DNA of 64,000 nt from positions 1 through 64,000 of IMG/VR virus record IMGVR_UViG_3300022932_000017, one strand, 5' to 3'. A program made the position numbers and the translations under genes. This DNA comes from a virus. Below the pieces are notes generated by a model, which saw only the letters and a program-made list of their open reading frames with translations, did no database searches and was not told where the DNA came from. Of the stretch, positions 27,901 to 37,272 are shown one piece after another (the stretch's first letter is position 1; each line of letters opens with the position of its first letter).

Positions 27901-29187
27901 GACTGTATAAGAATAGTTTTGAGTTACTGAAAAATCCCTTAAATCCCTCAATTGAACGTTAAAAACATCTCCCGTTTTAGCAATCCCATCATACCCTATA
28001 GTAACGTTTCTTCTGTGTCCTCCTGCATTACCATCATCATAAGCCTTAGTGACCCTTAAATAATCGTATACAGGAGGATCGTTTTCAATTTGAGGGTCAT
28101 ATACACTCACTGATAAATTAACATCAACTACAGGTCTATTTTCTCCTTCTGTAAGGTCTCCTAACGTAAGAATGCTACCATTGATTACTTCTAATGCTCC
28201 TGCTCTTTTAGGAACATAATCATAAGGTAAATCAGTTTCTAATACAGGTATGTTGTTGTATAACCCATCATTATAAAAAGCAAACGAATAAATATTTGTA
28301 GCAGGGTCATAAGCCTCGTAAATCTCTTGTGAAACATCTACCGTAGTATTAGGCAAACTAACAATATCTTTCCTGTCTACAGACTTCACCAAAAACCAAT
28401 CTAAGTTGTCATACCTAGCACCTACATTTATTGTTTTCACCCTGTCATTACCCGCATCTACAGAGACAATCAAGTTATTGGCTTTAGTTACATCCGTTCC
28501 TATTGCAGGAGTAGGTTCATCACTAGGAACATTTCTTTTTGAATATGTACTCCACGCACTATATTCATCATCTAACCTGATAAACTGCTCTGTGAATTGA
28601 AATAAACGCTTCTGGATAAGGTTTACCGATCTTCCGGCATCATCACCATACACATAAGTTGGAAGCTTTATTGGTTGACCTTTCAGTAGTGTAATATCCT
28701 CTTGCAGTAAAATCCCGTATCCCCCACTTTTAAGCCTTTCTAAGTTGATTATTCCCGGCTGTATATTGTCAGCATTAAAGATTAAATACTTGCCCTGTAA
28801 TAGCTTTATTTGATTTACCGAATATTTAGGGTCTAAAGGCAGAATATCTACATTACCGCTATCCGTAATATTCTCGAAAATGACTGTTTCAGTTTCAGTA
28901 TCATAATCAAACTCTGTAATTTGGTTTAGCTTAGATGAATTATAAACAAAAGAATAAGCTTTCCTTGCATCATCAAAACTTGCAGTGCCCAATGTTTTGT
29001 TTAACCCTGATGGTTTAGCGCCTGATATAAGCTCATTTGACTCCATACTAGTACCATCACCATCCTCTTGTTCTACAGTTCCGGTAACACGAAGGTTGAA
29101 TGCCTCTAGGTAATCGTTTGGCGCTATATCCTGAATAGCACTATCGCTATCCATACCGCCTCCTTTAAATTTCTTTATTTCCTGCAT
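24946..29187 (-). CDS. Tail nozzle/stabilisation protein (P22 gp10 / crAss muzzle-like) with C-terminal repeat domains
   Basis: GGMDSD..PNDYLEAFNLR N-terminus, IRYSD, FGAIG, YFVD; follows ring genes. Confidence 0.75.
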   Translation of the reverse strand: MQEIKKFKGGGMDSDSAIQDIAPNDYLEAFNLRVTGTVEQEDGDGTSMESNELISGAKPSGLNKTLGTASFDDARKAYSFVYNSSKLNQITEFDYDTETETVIFENITDSGNVDILPLDPKYSVNQIKLLQGKYLIFNADNIQPGIINLERLKSGGYGILLQEDITLLKGQPIKLPTYVYGDDAGRSVNLIQKRLFQFTEQFIRLDDEYSAWSTYSKRNVPSDEPTPAIGTDVTKANNLIVSVDAGNDRVKTINVGARYDNLDWFLVKSVDRKDIVSLPNTTVDVSQEIYEAYDPATNIYSFAFYNDGLYNNIPVLETDLPYDYVPKRAGALEVINGSILTLGDLTEGENRPVVDVNLSVSVYDPQIENDPPVYDYLRVTKAYDDGNAGGHRRNVTIGYDGIAKTGDVFNVQLRDLRDFSVTQNYSYTVPITQNNDTISAINSFSIGIPNSNTTPFALYIKTDPYFELSYATVTLQNAGTGVSKSIHSIKLNSAYQLALAHYKGAGNYFPIVSDKRFMIKTPSYAQTHGFIPQISWQINSLPPAGAESAQWLISFNNTHATDLYINGALDAFLSNDDYLVFNITSLLRFNQVNSSSILSYDYSVGDRCTFMFTFTGSTSTPVKWFDAPAIDVEVVGLDIVVDTSVDPNTTKYNLKVRKSASINIADITGKEVLLEIYSPKKRTETNDGVTSETSTLFYEIGEQILIQNGDYTVKSGVIREADAYFKTRNLVSNIDVNIPYTFLVEDFNFSDFYKSNYYSYGRPRLYNDEQEETRKKASIRYSDTFITGSRVNGISRFYGERIYGDGAGETSSQFGAIGVLSQRDSYLVCIQELKLIHIPVNISILEDQAENQNVAISDKLLNKARYLQSGSFGIGTAKESFVKSRNGTIYFVDPNNSLPIRDGYNGVAPIAVKMSKFFMRVLQQAKKDGKKIYGLFDNYNEEYTIHIETLGGIVTSFKFNSSTWQYQFDFGIDPSTLLLVSSNHGSVVINTTTGQAVFTPETDYTGSVGFIFSFEIGENVIQSNVCGTITAGSTDVNSFFFIDLINQELSTVVISNSILIGGNTIPAPISITGGEYRINGGAWTNIAGNVNAGDTIEVRQTTSASYNTTTSSVLTVGGYSDSFDAKTKTDTEPDPFDFIDISDAELSTVYESNIVTITGLGAPSPTTITGGEYRINGGAYTSAAGNVSNGQTVQVRQTSSATEDTTTSTTLTIGGVDGIFNVNTGTTILIPDFDFLVARFLWDYPSAGSDLDIQVQFENNDTPTIDNIFVGFGNVDDTVLSGTTPESNAYLWWGLDDTNSSAAPQGIEGALVNILKFVTDFPSSPNIVEVGLYCVWYGSVASGDFTLEVVTYKGGTMSKVGTNIVNTGGVTVSSDTRLLNTTIHNSTHTPANSYKVGVIRYNKTTLTAEVIFT

Positions 29188-29190
29188 AAT

Positions 29191-29952
29191 TTAGCTCTTG
29201 GCAACAAGTTTATTTCCTGATCTGGCAACGTCCTGTAATTCGTTCAAAATAAAAGGGTTCATTCGCATCTTAGTTAATCTTTTGGCGTTGTAATACTCTG
29301 ACCTCATAGACATAACTTCATTCCTTCCGTATTTCTTTCTTTGTCCGGCAGCATCTTTCCACTTCATATAAAGAGACATTGCCTCTGCGGCTCTAATGTC
29401 AATAACAAAATCTCCATCTTCTTCTACGTATCCATTAGACAAGTACTCAAGTAATATCTCCTGTTGGCTGTTTCGAGGGTCTAGGAAGATTAATTTCTGA
29501 CCATTATCTACTTTATACTCACCGTATGTTGCAGTGCCGCTATCAGCTCCAAACAACCTGTAAGAAGCACCATTGAAATAATAGTTGTGGTAATAGTCAT
29601 TATCGTAAGGATACCCATACCCGTCCACCGTAGTAGAAGATATAATTCCCTTAGTCCTGTTAAAAGGATTTGTATTTAATGTAGATAGTTGTGAGTTCCT
29701 TTTATACGTCAAAACTTCCCCTCTACTATTAATCTGTCCTATCTTAGAATACTGAATGTAGTCACAAGGCAGTTCAACTGTTTTGTTAGGTAGTATCGGT
29801 AGTAACACTGTTTTAAATGTGCCAGTAACATCTAAGTTAAACTCTGTCTCTAGTCCCCATTTAGCGATATTATATAGCCTTAAAAACTGATGTGAAGACA
29901 AATCATCAGTGTTCAAATGGTTAGCTACGATTTTTTTAAGTCCAATATTCAT
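29191..29952 (-). CDS. Tail ring/adaptor protein
   Basis: ELPCDYIQYSKIG, ILLEYLSNG; position. Confidence 0.7.
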   Translation of the reverse strand: MNIGLKKIVANHLNTDDLSSHQFLRLYNIAKWGLETEFNLDVTGTFKTVLLPILPNKTVELPCDYIQYSKIGQINSRGEVLTYKRNSQLSTLNTNPFNRTKGIISSTTVDGYGYPYDNDYYHNYYFNGASYRLFGADSGTATYGEYKVDNGQKLIFLDPRNSQQEILLEYLSNGYVEEDGDFVIDIRAAEAMSLYMKWKDAAGQRKKYGRNEVMSMRSEYYNAKRLTKMRMNPFILNELQDVARSGNKLVAKS

Positions 29953-29954
29953 GA

Positions 29955-30581
29955 TTATGCAGGGTTAGAAACGCCATTATTTAAATTATCTTGAGGAATT
30001 TGTTTTAAAGGAAGCAACTTAGCCATTATTTTATCCAATACATAAGCCTCGTAGTTCTTTGGAATATTAACATTGGACGTTAACAAGTCGTCTCCGCTTA
30101 CAGAACCTATCATTTTGATAGTTGCGGTGCCTTCTAAGAGATTATTATCGCTTACATATACAATCTTACCATCTTCAACTTTATATAGCACCATGCCTTT
30201 AGGAATGCCTATTAAATCTTGAGCAAAAGAACTTTGATTTTTCATAGGTATGCAATCCGAACAAGTATTTCCTGTAATCCTTACCGATACAATCTCCTGT
30301 CCATTAGGAAGCGCCGTAGGTGTCTGCGGAAGTACCGTATATTTTTCACCTCCAACCGATAAAATAGGTTGATTTTTAAATACGCTGATAAACTGATTAT
30401 TTGCGTAAGCACTTTCACCTTGGTTAGAATTGGTAAATGAATCAAAAGTAGATGCTTCTGCTATATAAATCGCACATAATTCAGCAAAATAACGCAAGCT
30501 GTGATTCTTATCATCTGAACTTTTACCGTTGTAATACATTTCTAACGCCAATTGCGCTAACTTTTTATATGTTGTTGCCAT
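29955..30581 (-). CDS. Tail ring/adaptor protein
   Basis: Position and size. Confidence 0.6.
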   Translation of the reverse strand: MATTYKKLAQLALEMYYNGKSSDDKNHSLRYFAELCAIYIAEASTFDSFTNSNQGESAYANNQFISVFKNQPILSVGGEKYTVLPQTPTALPNGQEIVSVRITGNTCSDCIPMKNQSSFAQDLIGIPKGMVLYKVEDGKIVYVSDNNLLEGTATIKMIGSVSGDDLLTSNVNIPKNYEAYVLDKIMAKLLPLKQIPQDNLNNGVSNPA

Positions 30582-31213
30582 TATGCTTGTGTTTGAATGT
30601 CTCTAGTTACTACCTGTTCCGCTTGAAAGTCCCTCATATTAAATAAAAGCATATCGCAAGCCATTAATATAATCTTGTCAATATCATCATCCTTCCATTT
30701 AGGTTGTACCGAGGTAGCGGAATTATATACCGGACGGTTATTAACCAACGTATATCCCCATACAGAAGGAACCAACTCTTGCAAGTAAATGAATATTGCC
30801 TCACCTAAATCTATAGGGTAAAACTGCAAATAACTAGCGTATTCTGTGTATACAGGGAACTCTGCTGTAGGATAATCATATTCACTCTTTAAATGACTTG
30901 AAAGCCTATCCTTCTCTACTCTCTGTATTTCATCGTTATTAACGCTCATTAGCGTGTCTATATGCAATAAATTATCTGGCTTAACATATCTGCCTGTATC
31001 AAGTATATCAATCGATATAGGGTCTGATAAGTATACACTCAAAGACTCTGTGTTGTTCTGGTCTACACCGTATCCGGCATAAAGCTTATTGTAGTACTTC
31101 TGTTCGGCTGAACCAAAAACAAGATTGAACTGACTAGGACTTATATTCCCGTTAAACCCCGATTTATTAGCTAAGTATTGAAGTAATTTCTTGCAATCAT
31201 CTATTGATCTCAT
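30581..31213 (-). CDS. Tail ring/adaptor protein
   Basis: NKSGFNGNISPSQFN, PSVWGY; position after capsid genes. Confidence 0.7.
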   Translation of the reverse strand: MRSIDDCKKLLQYLANKSGFNGNISPSQFNLVFGSAEQKYYNKLYAGYGVDQNNTESLSVYLSDPISIDILDTGRYVKPDNLLHIDTLMSVNNDEIQRVEKDRLSSHLKSEYDYPTAEFPVYTEYASYLQFYPIDLGEAIFIYLQELVPSVWGYTLVNNRPVYNSATSVQPKWKDDDIDKIILMACDMLLFNMRDFQAEQVVTRDIQTQA

Positions 31214-31237
31214 ATCGCATTGTTAATTAACATAAAA

Positions 31238-31245
31238 CAAAGGTA
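31238..31245 (-). promoter_or_regulatory. -7 promoter element TACCTTTG (tail operon)
   Basis: Consensus match directly after terminator. Confidence 0.7.
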
Positions 31246-31249
31246 AAAT

Positions 31250-31285
31250 AAAAAAGGGTTAGTAGTTTATTAGACCACCAACCCT
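31250..31285 (-). terminator. Intrinsic terminator
   Basis: AGGGTTGGTGGT/ACTACTAACCCT stem (with GU pairs) plus T6. Confidence 0.7.
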
Positions 31286-31312
31286 CAAGCAAAGCAACAT
31301 ATGGAAAAAACT

Positions 31313-32194
31313 TTAAGGCGCTGTAATCTGCAATTGTTCGTAAAATCCTAAAGCTTCTTTATTCCTAGACATAACTAGGCGTGCTACCTGTTCTGCAACG
31401 TCTCCTTGTGGGTTTACGTCACAAATAACGTTAAGTGTATCTACATAGACCAACTTGCCTTCAATCAAAGTGAAGGATACTATATTGTTCATTAGCGCCT
31501 GTGAAATCAGGTACTTAATTTTATTTTTCGGATTAACAAACTCCCTCATAAATACATTAGGAAGCTCAATAGCCTTCAAGATTAGTTTCTTACGAATAAT
31601 AACCTCGTCATCAATACCTCCTGATACATCAATACCAAATACAGCAGCGACCGGAGCCATTTCTTCAAATGTAGCCTCTCTAACCGCAGATTGAGCTTGG
31701 AAGCTAATATCACTGTCTTCAAATAATTTGTTGAGGTCTTCATCAGGATTAACTAACTTATATGCTGTAGGCACAGGACGTACTTGGTTTTTATTTCCTT
31801 CAAACTCGTCTTGAACCTCTACCGCCATAACTTTAGCTTTGTCAGCAGAATCAACCTTCAATAAGCCGTTTTTGAATACAATTTCGTTTTGTGGAGATTC
31901 TAACTCTGTTTTAGTTGGCTTAGGCTTCTCCTGATCATCTAACCAAATACTAGGGTAACCGTACACATATCTCCATCTGCGCATCTCTCCGGTCTTAGGG
32001 TCTTTAGCGACACCTTCTGTAGGAAAAAATCTGATTGGAGGATAAGGAGCATGATCGGATTCTCTTGTTTCGTTATTAACAGGCTTCATTCTTTCAAAAG
32101 TCTGTGTTAAAATATAACGGTACTCTTTTGGAGTTTCCTTTGTCTTCGCTTTACCTAAGTTTGGATTCCCTCTTTTTGTTGTTACTGTTTCCAT
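31313..32194 (-). CDS. Conserved head-module protein downstream of the major capsid gene
   Basis: RY...PSIW.DDQ, IVFKNGLLKV; position. Confidence 0.65.
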   Translation of the reverse strand: METVTTKRGNPNLGKAKTKETPKEYRYILTQTFERMKPVNNETRESDHAPYPPIRFFPTEGVAKDPKTGEMRRWRYVYGYPSIWLDDQEKPKPTKTELESPQNEIVFKNGLLKVDSADKAKVMAVEVQDEFEGNKNQVRPVPTAYKLVNPDEDLNKLFEDSDISFQAQSAVREATFEEMAPVAAVFGIDVSGGIDDEVIIRKKLILKAIELPNVFMREFVNPKNKIKYLISQALMNNIVSFTLIEGKLVYVDTLNVICDVNPQGDVAEQVARLVMSRNKEALGFYEQLQITAP

Positions 32195-32218
32195 ATATTA
32201 TTTATTGTTAAATTAAGA

Positions 32219-32248
32219 AACCTCCATATCAATTAAGACATGGAGGTT
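32219..32248 (-). terminator. Hairpin/terminator after capsid gene
   Basis: AACCTCCAT/ATGGAGGTT. Confidence 0.6.
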
Positions 32249-32255
32249 AGTGATT

Positions 32256-33608
32256 TTATTGACCTTTGAATATCGCATACTGTTGGCATCCAATGACTCT
32301 AGCCCCAAAATAACCGATGGTAGTGTTTACCAATTCAGCTTTAGTTGAAGTCGGAGTATCCGCAAATAATCCGTTTTGAGCTACGTGCCATTTATTACCT
32401 CCTTTTGGAGTTTGGTACATAACAGTGAAACGAGGTACAGTTACAGTTGAACCTGATTCAGTGTTAGAAGAAGTCTTACCAACAGGCATAAACAAACTAA
32501 AGTTTGAACGTGCACCTAAGCCGCTTGAACCATAAGTTGTTTGTTCGTCAAATAAACCGTAGTTCGTAAAGTTGTATTTACGTCCGTAGATGTTTAACGA
32601 TTTGAAGTTCCTGTTGATATCAATTCCACCACGAGTTCCTGCATTGTCTGCATATATCACCGCACCGTTATTAACCTCGGTAAACAAAGCGTTTTGTTGC
32701 GCTTGGAAAGCTAAACCATCTGAAAGGATGTCATATTCTTTTGGTGCGCCTACTGCATTTAACGCTCTGTCTAAAGTAGCAAACTGTGCAGTACTCCAAA
32801 CTCCGCTACCGTTAATACCGTTAGCCTGAACTTGTTTAATAACACCGTTGGAACCTTCCTCAACATAAGGCAAGTTGTTGGTTTGTGTACCCTCGAACAA
32901 CAGCAAGTCCAATTCACGCATTAAACGCATATCAGTGTCTTTTTGTTGTTTAGTAACATACGAGTATTGTCCGTTCACTTGGAACTCAATTTTCTCTGCC
33001 ATTGCTAAGTCACCGAAGGTATCATCAGCACGAATCTCTGTACAGTAGTTGGTATACAAGTCAGTATTACGGATGATTGTATCAGTTTTATCAGATTGCT
33101 CACCCAAGTACTTGTAACCACGTCCCAACAGTTCGTCTCCTGCGATAACCGAAGCATTCTCACCTGTGTTAACCGGAGTTAATACCATAGTGTGTGCATT
33201 TGGAGTAGCCTTGTTAGGAACAGCAGATACACGGGATTCTACACCTGTACGTGAGTTATAGAAAATGAATCCTAAGCCTCCAAGAGATTTAGTTCCTGAT
33301 TGTGAGTAAGAACCTGTACCCAAAGTGATTGTTGCAGGTGCACCATTAGCAACAGTTACAGCGCCATTTGCAGTAATAAAACCTAAAGGGCGACCATGTG
33401 ATTGATACCATTTGAATTGTTTGTTTGTCGATTTCTCTTCATTACCCATGATTTGGGATAATGCACCGTAAGGTACGAAACCGTAAAAGTCGAAATACTG
33501 ATTGAACGCATGTACGTTTACAATATTCAATCCTGAAATTAGTCCGTATCTGGTGATCGACGGATCAGTGTAATTTGCAGGGGTGGTATTTGGAGTGGTA
33601 ATTGGCAT
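32256..33608 (-). CDS. Major capsid protein
   Basis: 450 aa after portal and scaffold; FKWYQ, YTNYCTEIR, LLLFEG, GVIKQV; biased codon use. Confidence 0.85.
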   Translation of the reverse strand: MPITTPNTTPANYTDPSITRYGLISGLNIVNVHAFNQYFDFYGFVPYGALSQIMGNEEKSTNKQFKWYQSHGRPLGFITANGAVTVANGAPATITLGTGSYSQSGTKSLGGLGFIFYNSRTGVESRVSAVPNKATPNAHTMVLTPVNTGENASVIAGDELLGRGYKYLGEQSDKTDTIIRNTDLYTNYCTEIRADDTFGDLAMAEKIEFQVNGQYSYVTKQQKDTDMRLMRELDLLLFEGTQTNNLPYVEEGSNGVIKQVQANGINGSGVWSTAQFATLDRALNAVGAPKEYDILSDGLAFQAQQNALFTEVNNGAVIYADNAGTRGGIDINRNFKSLNIYGRKYNFTNYGLFDEQTTYGSSGLGARSNFSLFMPVGKTSSNTESGSTVTVPRFTVMYQTPKGGNKWHVAQNGLFADTPTSTKAELVNTTIGYFGARVIGCQQYAIFKGQ

Positions 33609-33639
33609 TTTTTCTTTAATTTAAAAGGTTAAAACTTAG

Positions 33640-34704
33640 TTAAGCATTACCCCATATCATACTTGGAACATCGGCACTCAATTCAGGACTTCCTTGTGGC
33701 GTAGTAAGGTCAAGGTTTTTGATCTCCGCTACAACCTTCTTAGTTGCCTCTGTTTTCATTTGAGTTGCTGTAGATGCAATGATCTTCTTAATGTTTTCAA
33801 GCTTATACACATCCTCGGTAATCGCTTTAACATTAGGGTTTCCTTCTGCATCAAACCATCCTCTTTTAGTAAGATAGTCTTTCACTTCAAACTGCTTCAT
33901 GTATTCAGTCATAACCCCTTTCTCCTGATCCGTTATCTTATAGCTGACTTCCTCGCCGTCTATGTCAAACTTGAAATCCGATACTGTAGGTATTCCTGCT
34001 ACAACCTTAGCCTCCCACTCACGATTTGATTCGTCAATCTGCTCTTGAGTTAATGCGGGTGTTTGAGGTGTTGCCTCTGCTGTTGGTATTTTGGGTAATT
34101 CTATTGCTTTTTTCTGTTCATTGTTCCATAACCTAGCATCTCTGCCGTCACGCTCTAGCATAAGCTCTCTGCGTTCCACATCTTCATTGTGGGCTATAGC
34201 TCTCTGATATTTTTCGGGTTCTAAATCCGCATCAATTGAATCTGTATCAATTCTGTCGAATGTTTTACCGTATTTGAATTTAATCTCCGACTCAATGTCT
34301 TTCTGACTCCAAGAAGGGTTTTCCTTTTTAAGCTTGTACTCAATGTTCTCTCTATCGGAGATTACTGTGTAGTCCCTAAACTTCTCATCGAAGTAACTTT
34401 TTAACTCTTCTTCTTTGCCGTCTAAGATAGCTTGGTAGATTTGCTTAGAATAGTCATCCTTAAATTCAGGGTGCTTCTCAATAATCTTTTCTACCTCTAC
34501 AATCTTTTCTTGGATAGTCGGTTCTACGACTTCTGCCGCAGGAGTAACTACAGGCACATCTACAGTTGCCGGAGGTTCAGGTGTACCTACTACAGGAGGA
34601 GTCTCTTCTACTTTATGAGCTACTTCCGGTGTAGTTCCACCCCATACATCAGGTGCTACGTTTTGTACTTGCTCTACTTGTGTTTCTACTTGTTGATTTT
34701 CCAT
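33640..34704 (-). CDS. Putative scaffolding protein
   Basis: Acidic disordered N-terminus; between portal and capsid. Confidence 0.7.
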   Translation of the reverse strand: MENQQVETQVEQVQNVAPDVWGGTTPEVAHKVEETPPVVGTPEPPATVDVPVVTPAAEVVEPTIQEKIVEVEKIIEKHPEFKDDYSKQIYQAILDGKEEELKSYFDEKFRDYTVISDRENIEYKLKKENPSWSQKDIESEIKFKYGKTFDRIDTDSIDADLEPEKYQRAIAHNEDVERRELMLERDGRDARLWNNEQKKAIELPKIPTAEATPQTPALTQEQIDESNREWEAKVVAGIPTVSDFKFDIDGEEVSYKITDQEKGVMTEYMKQFEVKDYLTKRGWFDAEGNPNVKAITEDVYKLENIKKIIASTATQMKTEATKKVVAEIKNLDLTTPQGSPELSADVPSMIWGNA

Positions 34705-34755
34705 AATCGTTTACAAATCTTGTGTTATTTATTCACTATTCCAAATTAGTTCTTT

Positions 34756-37245
34756 TTATGCCACCATTTGAGGCTGTTCAGGAGCTTCTTCTTGCATCGG
34801 CTGACCCATCGCCTCACCTTGCGGTAATTGTCCTTCCTGTGTAGCCATTTGCTGTTGTTCCATCTGTTGTTGTTCGGCTTGCTGATCTTCCTGTTCCTGC
34901 CTTATTTGTTCCATTAAAATTTGCTTGTTGGAAATGTCGATCAATCCCACGCCTTCAAAAATAAATCCGGGCAAATCTTTCATTGAACTACCTTCTTTAG
35001 AAAGTATTGATTTCATTAGCTCAACTTTTAGTATAGAGGTATACTTAACAAGTTCGTTTTCTTTCAATGCCTCTGTTTCTTCTACAACACCTTGTGATTT
35101 AAGTTGCGCCTTCAATACTTCTAGCTCTTTGTCTTGAGTTCCTTTTTCTTGTGCCGCAGCAACAGCAGCTTGTGTATTCTCTTGTGAGGCTCGTGAGGCT
35201 TGTTCCTGCGCTTCTTTAAGACGTTTCTTCATCCTTGATGATAGCATATAGCTTGCATATTTAAGATTGTTCTTAGCAAGCAACCTTACGTCAATAGCAT
35301 CTTCCAAAGTAATCTCTTTCTGTGATAATGCCACCTGAATGTTTTGCTCTAAGTATTGAGCTTCCTTGTCATCTATTACCGCCTGTATCTTAACATCAAA
35401 GTTGCACTTCTCAAAATCATCCGTAGCCTCTAACCTGATATATTCAATTCTTTCAGAACCTAATGCCATTCTGTACCCATCGTAATATCTTTCTCCTTTC
35501 TTCTTATGAACGAGTATGTCCCATAACCTCTGCCCTGCAATCTTAGCAGTTCTTTCGTCTATATCAAGGAAAGCGTCATAAATGTAATTTGAAGCGCTCT
35601 CACCGATTTGTTTTGCGTCCTGTAATGTTTTATTCCCTACAGCTTGATTGGTAATGTTACCTGCCGCTAGGTTATTGTCCCCAATGATCTTTTGAAGTTT
35701 ATCGTATTCAGCATTCCATACCCCCATCAACTGTTCTAATTTAGCAGAGAAAGGAACGTTTGCCGGAGTAATAGGAGGTTGATTGTCCCTAGAGTTAATT
35801 CCTTCATCAGAAACTCTCTTGTAATACTGAATACCCGTTTGTTTGTAGATTTTGTAAAGTTCAAATGGACTTACACTCTCCATTCCCTCTCCCAAAGTAA
35901 TATCACTCATTTGAGAAATATCTACCATGTATCCATCCGGTGCGGCAGCAGCAATGATTTTCTGTTGTTGCAGTTGAACCAATTGCATCATCTTAATAGA
36001 TGGAATCATAGTTTCAATAAGCGGAGTATTTACCATCTTATTGTTCCCATACATGTGAGTGACATACGGAAGAGTTACCTCTAAAAGATTTTTGTCATTC
36101 TTAACTTGGTTCTTTGCTAATCCCCACTCTAAAACAAATTGGCTTTTAGTCAACATAACCCCGACATATTCTACTTCGTATGGTGGAGACTGAATATTTG
36201 GTTTTTCAGGGTTTAACTTTTCTTTTCTGTCTAAAACCTCCTTGCCGAACCTATCTGTGTTAACCTGATATTTTAAGTTGTTTACCGCTTTAAAGGATAG
36301 TTGTATTACCTCAACACTAAACCCATCGTAAGGTCTGTCAATAGCCTGATTGTATTCAGGTGTCCATCCCCAACCAAAGTTAGTATCGTTGCCGTTAAGA
36401 CCCTTATTTGATATTGCCAGTTCAAATAGCTTTTCTTCACCACCAAGTCTAGTAACTGCTTTAGGGTACTTCATCCTTATCTCTGATATTTTCATCAGAT
36501 TCACCCCCCCCTTGTAAGTAGCGTCTCTAAAGTCATCCCACTCACTGTAAGAAGATACAATATTCTCCGGCTTAGTTACTCCAATTTTAATCTTGCCGTT
36601 ACCATCTAGGTAAGTATATGTTTGGGCGATACCTGCGGTAATCAAATCATATAGAATGCGTTTCTTAATGATCTTATCCCAATTGTTATCGTAAAATATT
36701 AAGTCAATGCCCTGTTCTAAAATAACCTCTTCACGCTCCTTATAGTTGAATCCGAAGTGAATGTCAATCTCCCGTTCGTCTTTAGGATCATCATCACTAA
36801 ATTCTTCCAGTTCTAATCCAGACTCCTGTTGTATAGCTTGAATCTTTTCTTTATTCTTCATCTTGAACAAAGCATCCATCTTCGCTTTATCTTTTTTGCT
36901 TTGCGTAAAGGGGTCAATAGCATTTGCCTGAATCTTCTCTATACGCTGCATGTAACGGTCTATAAGACGGTTTACAAAGGGAATAGCAATGGGCGTAGGG
37001 GAATAGTCTAGGTTTATCATAGACATATCTCCATCAAGGTCTAATATATCTTTATACTCTTGCATGGGTTGTTTACCCATAGCAAATAACCTGTTGTAAT
37101 CATATCGGTTCCTTCGTCCTGATGCACCTTCCGTAGTACCGTTCGTCCACTTCTCATAAGCAGAGATTAACAGTCTTTTTCCAAATTCTAAACTATCCTT
37201 TGTAGTGTCCGGTGCTATAGGTGAAAGGTTTACTGCATCATTCAT
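34756..37245 (-). CDS. Portal protein
   Basis: 829 aa after terminase; RLFAMGKQ..EYKD, PIAIPFVN, APDGYMVD, YKQTG; Q-rich tail. Confidence 0.88.
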   Translation of the reverse strand: MNDAVNLSPIAPDTTKDSLEFGKRLLISAYEKWTNGTTEGASGRRNRYDYNRLFAMGKQPMQEYKDILDLDGDMSMINLDYSPTPIAIPFVNRLIDRYMQRIEKIQANAIDPFTQSKKDKAKMDALFKMKNKEKIQAIQQESGLELEEFSDDDPKDEREIDIHFGFNYKEREEVILEQGIDLIFYDNNWDKIIKKRILYDLITAGIAQTYTYLDGNGKIKIGVTKPENIVSSYSEWDDFRDATYKGGVNLMKISEIRMKYPKAVTRLGGEEKLFELAISNKGLNGNDTNFGWGWTPEYNQAIDRPYDGFSVEVIQLSFKAVNNLKYQVNTDRFGKEVLDRKEKLNPEKPNIQSPPYEVEYVGVMLTKSQFVLEWGLAKNQVKNDKNLLEVTLPYVTHMYGNNKMVNTPLIETMIPSIKMMQLVQLQQQKIIAAAAPDGYMVDISQMSDITLGEGMESVSPFELYKIYKQTGIQYYKRVSDEGINSRDNQPPITPANVPFSAKLEQLMGVWNAEYDKLQKIIGDNNLAAGNITNQAVGNKTLQDAKQIGESASNYIYDAFLDIDERTAKIAGQRLWDILVHKKKGERYYDGYRMALGSERIEYIRLEATDDFEKCNFDVKIQAVIDDKEAQYLEQNIQVALSQKEITLEDAIDVRLLAKNNLKYASYMLSSRMKKRLKEAQEQASRASQENTQAAVAAAQEKGTQDKELEVLKAQLKSQGVVEETEALKENELVKYTSILKVELMKSILSKEGSSMKDLPGFIFEGVGLIDISNKQILMEQIRQEQEDQQAEQQQMEQQQMATQEGQLPQGEAMGQPMQEEAPEQPQMVA

Positions 37246-37260
37246 AATTTAATTTTTTAT

Positions 37261-37268
37261 CAAATGTA
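37261..37268 (-). promoter_or_regulatory. -7 promoter element TACATTTG (portal/capsid operon)
   Basis: Consensus match in the terminase-portal gap. Confidence 0.6.
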
Positions 37269-37272
37269 GATA

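Noticed and set aside
36504-36511. G8 tract in the portal gene as a phase-variation site
   Set aside because: In frame (KGGV) in an essential intact gene, with no alternative ORF noted
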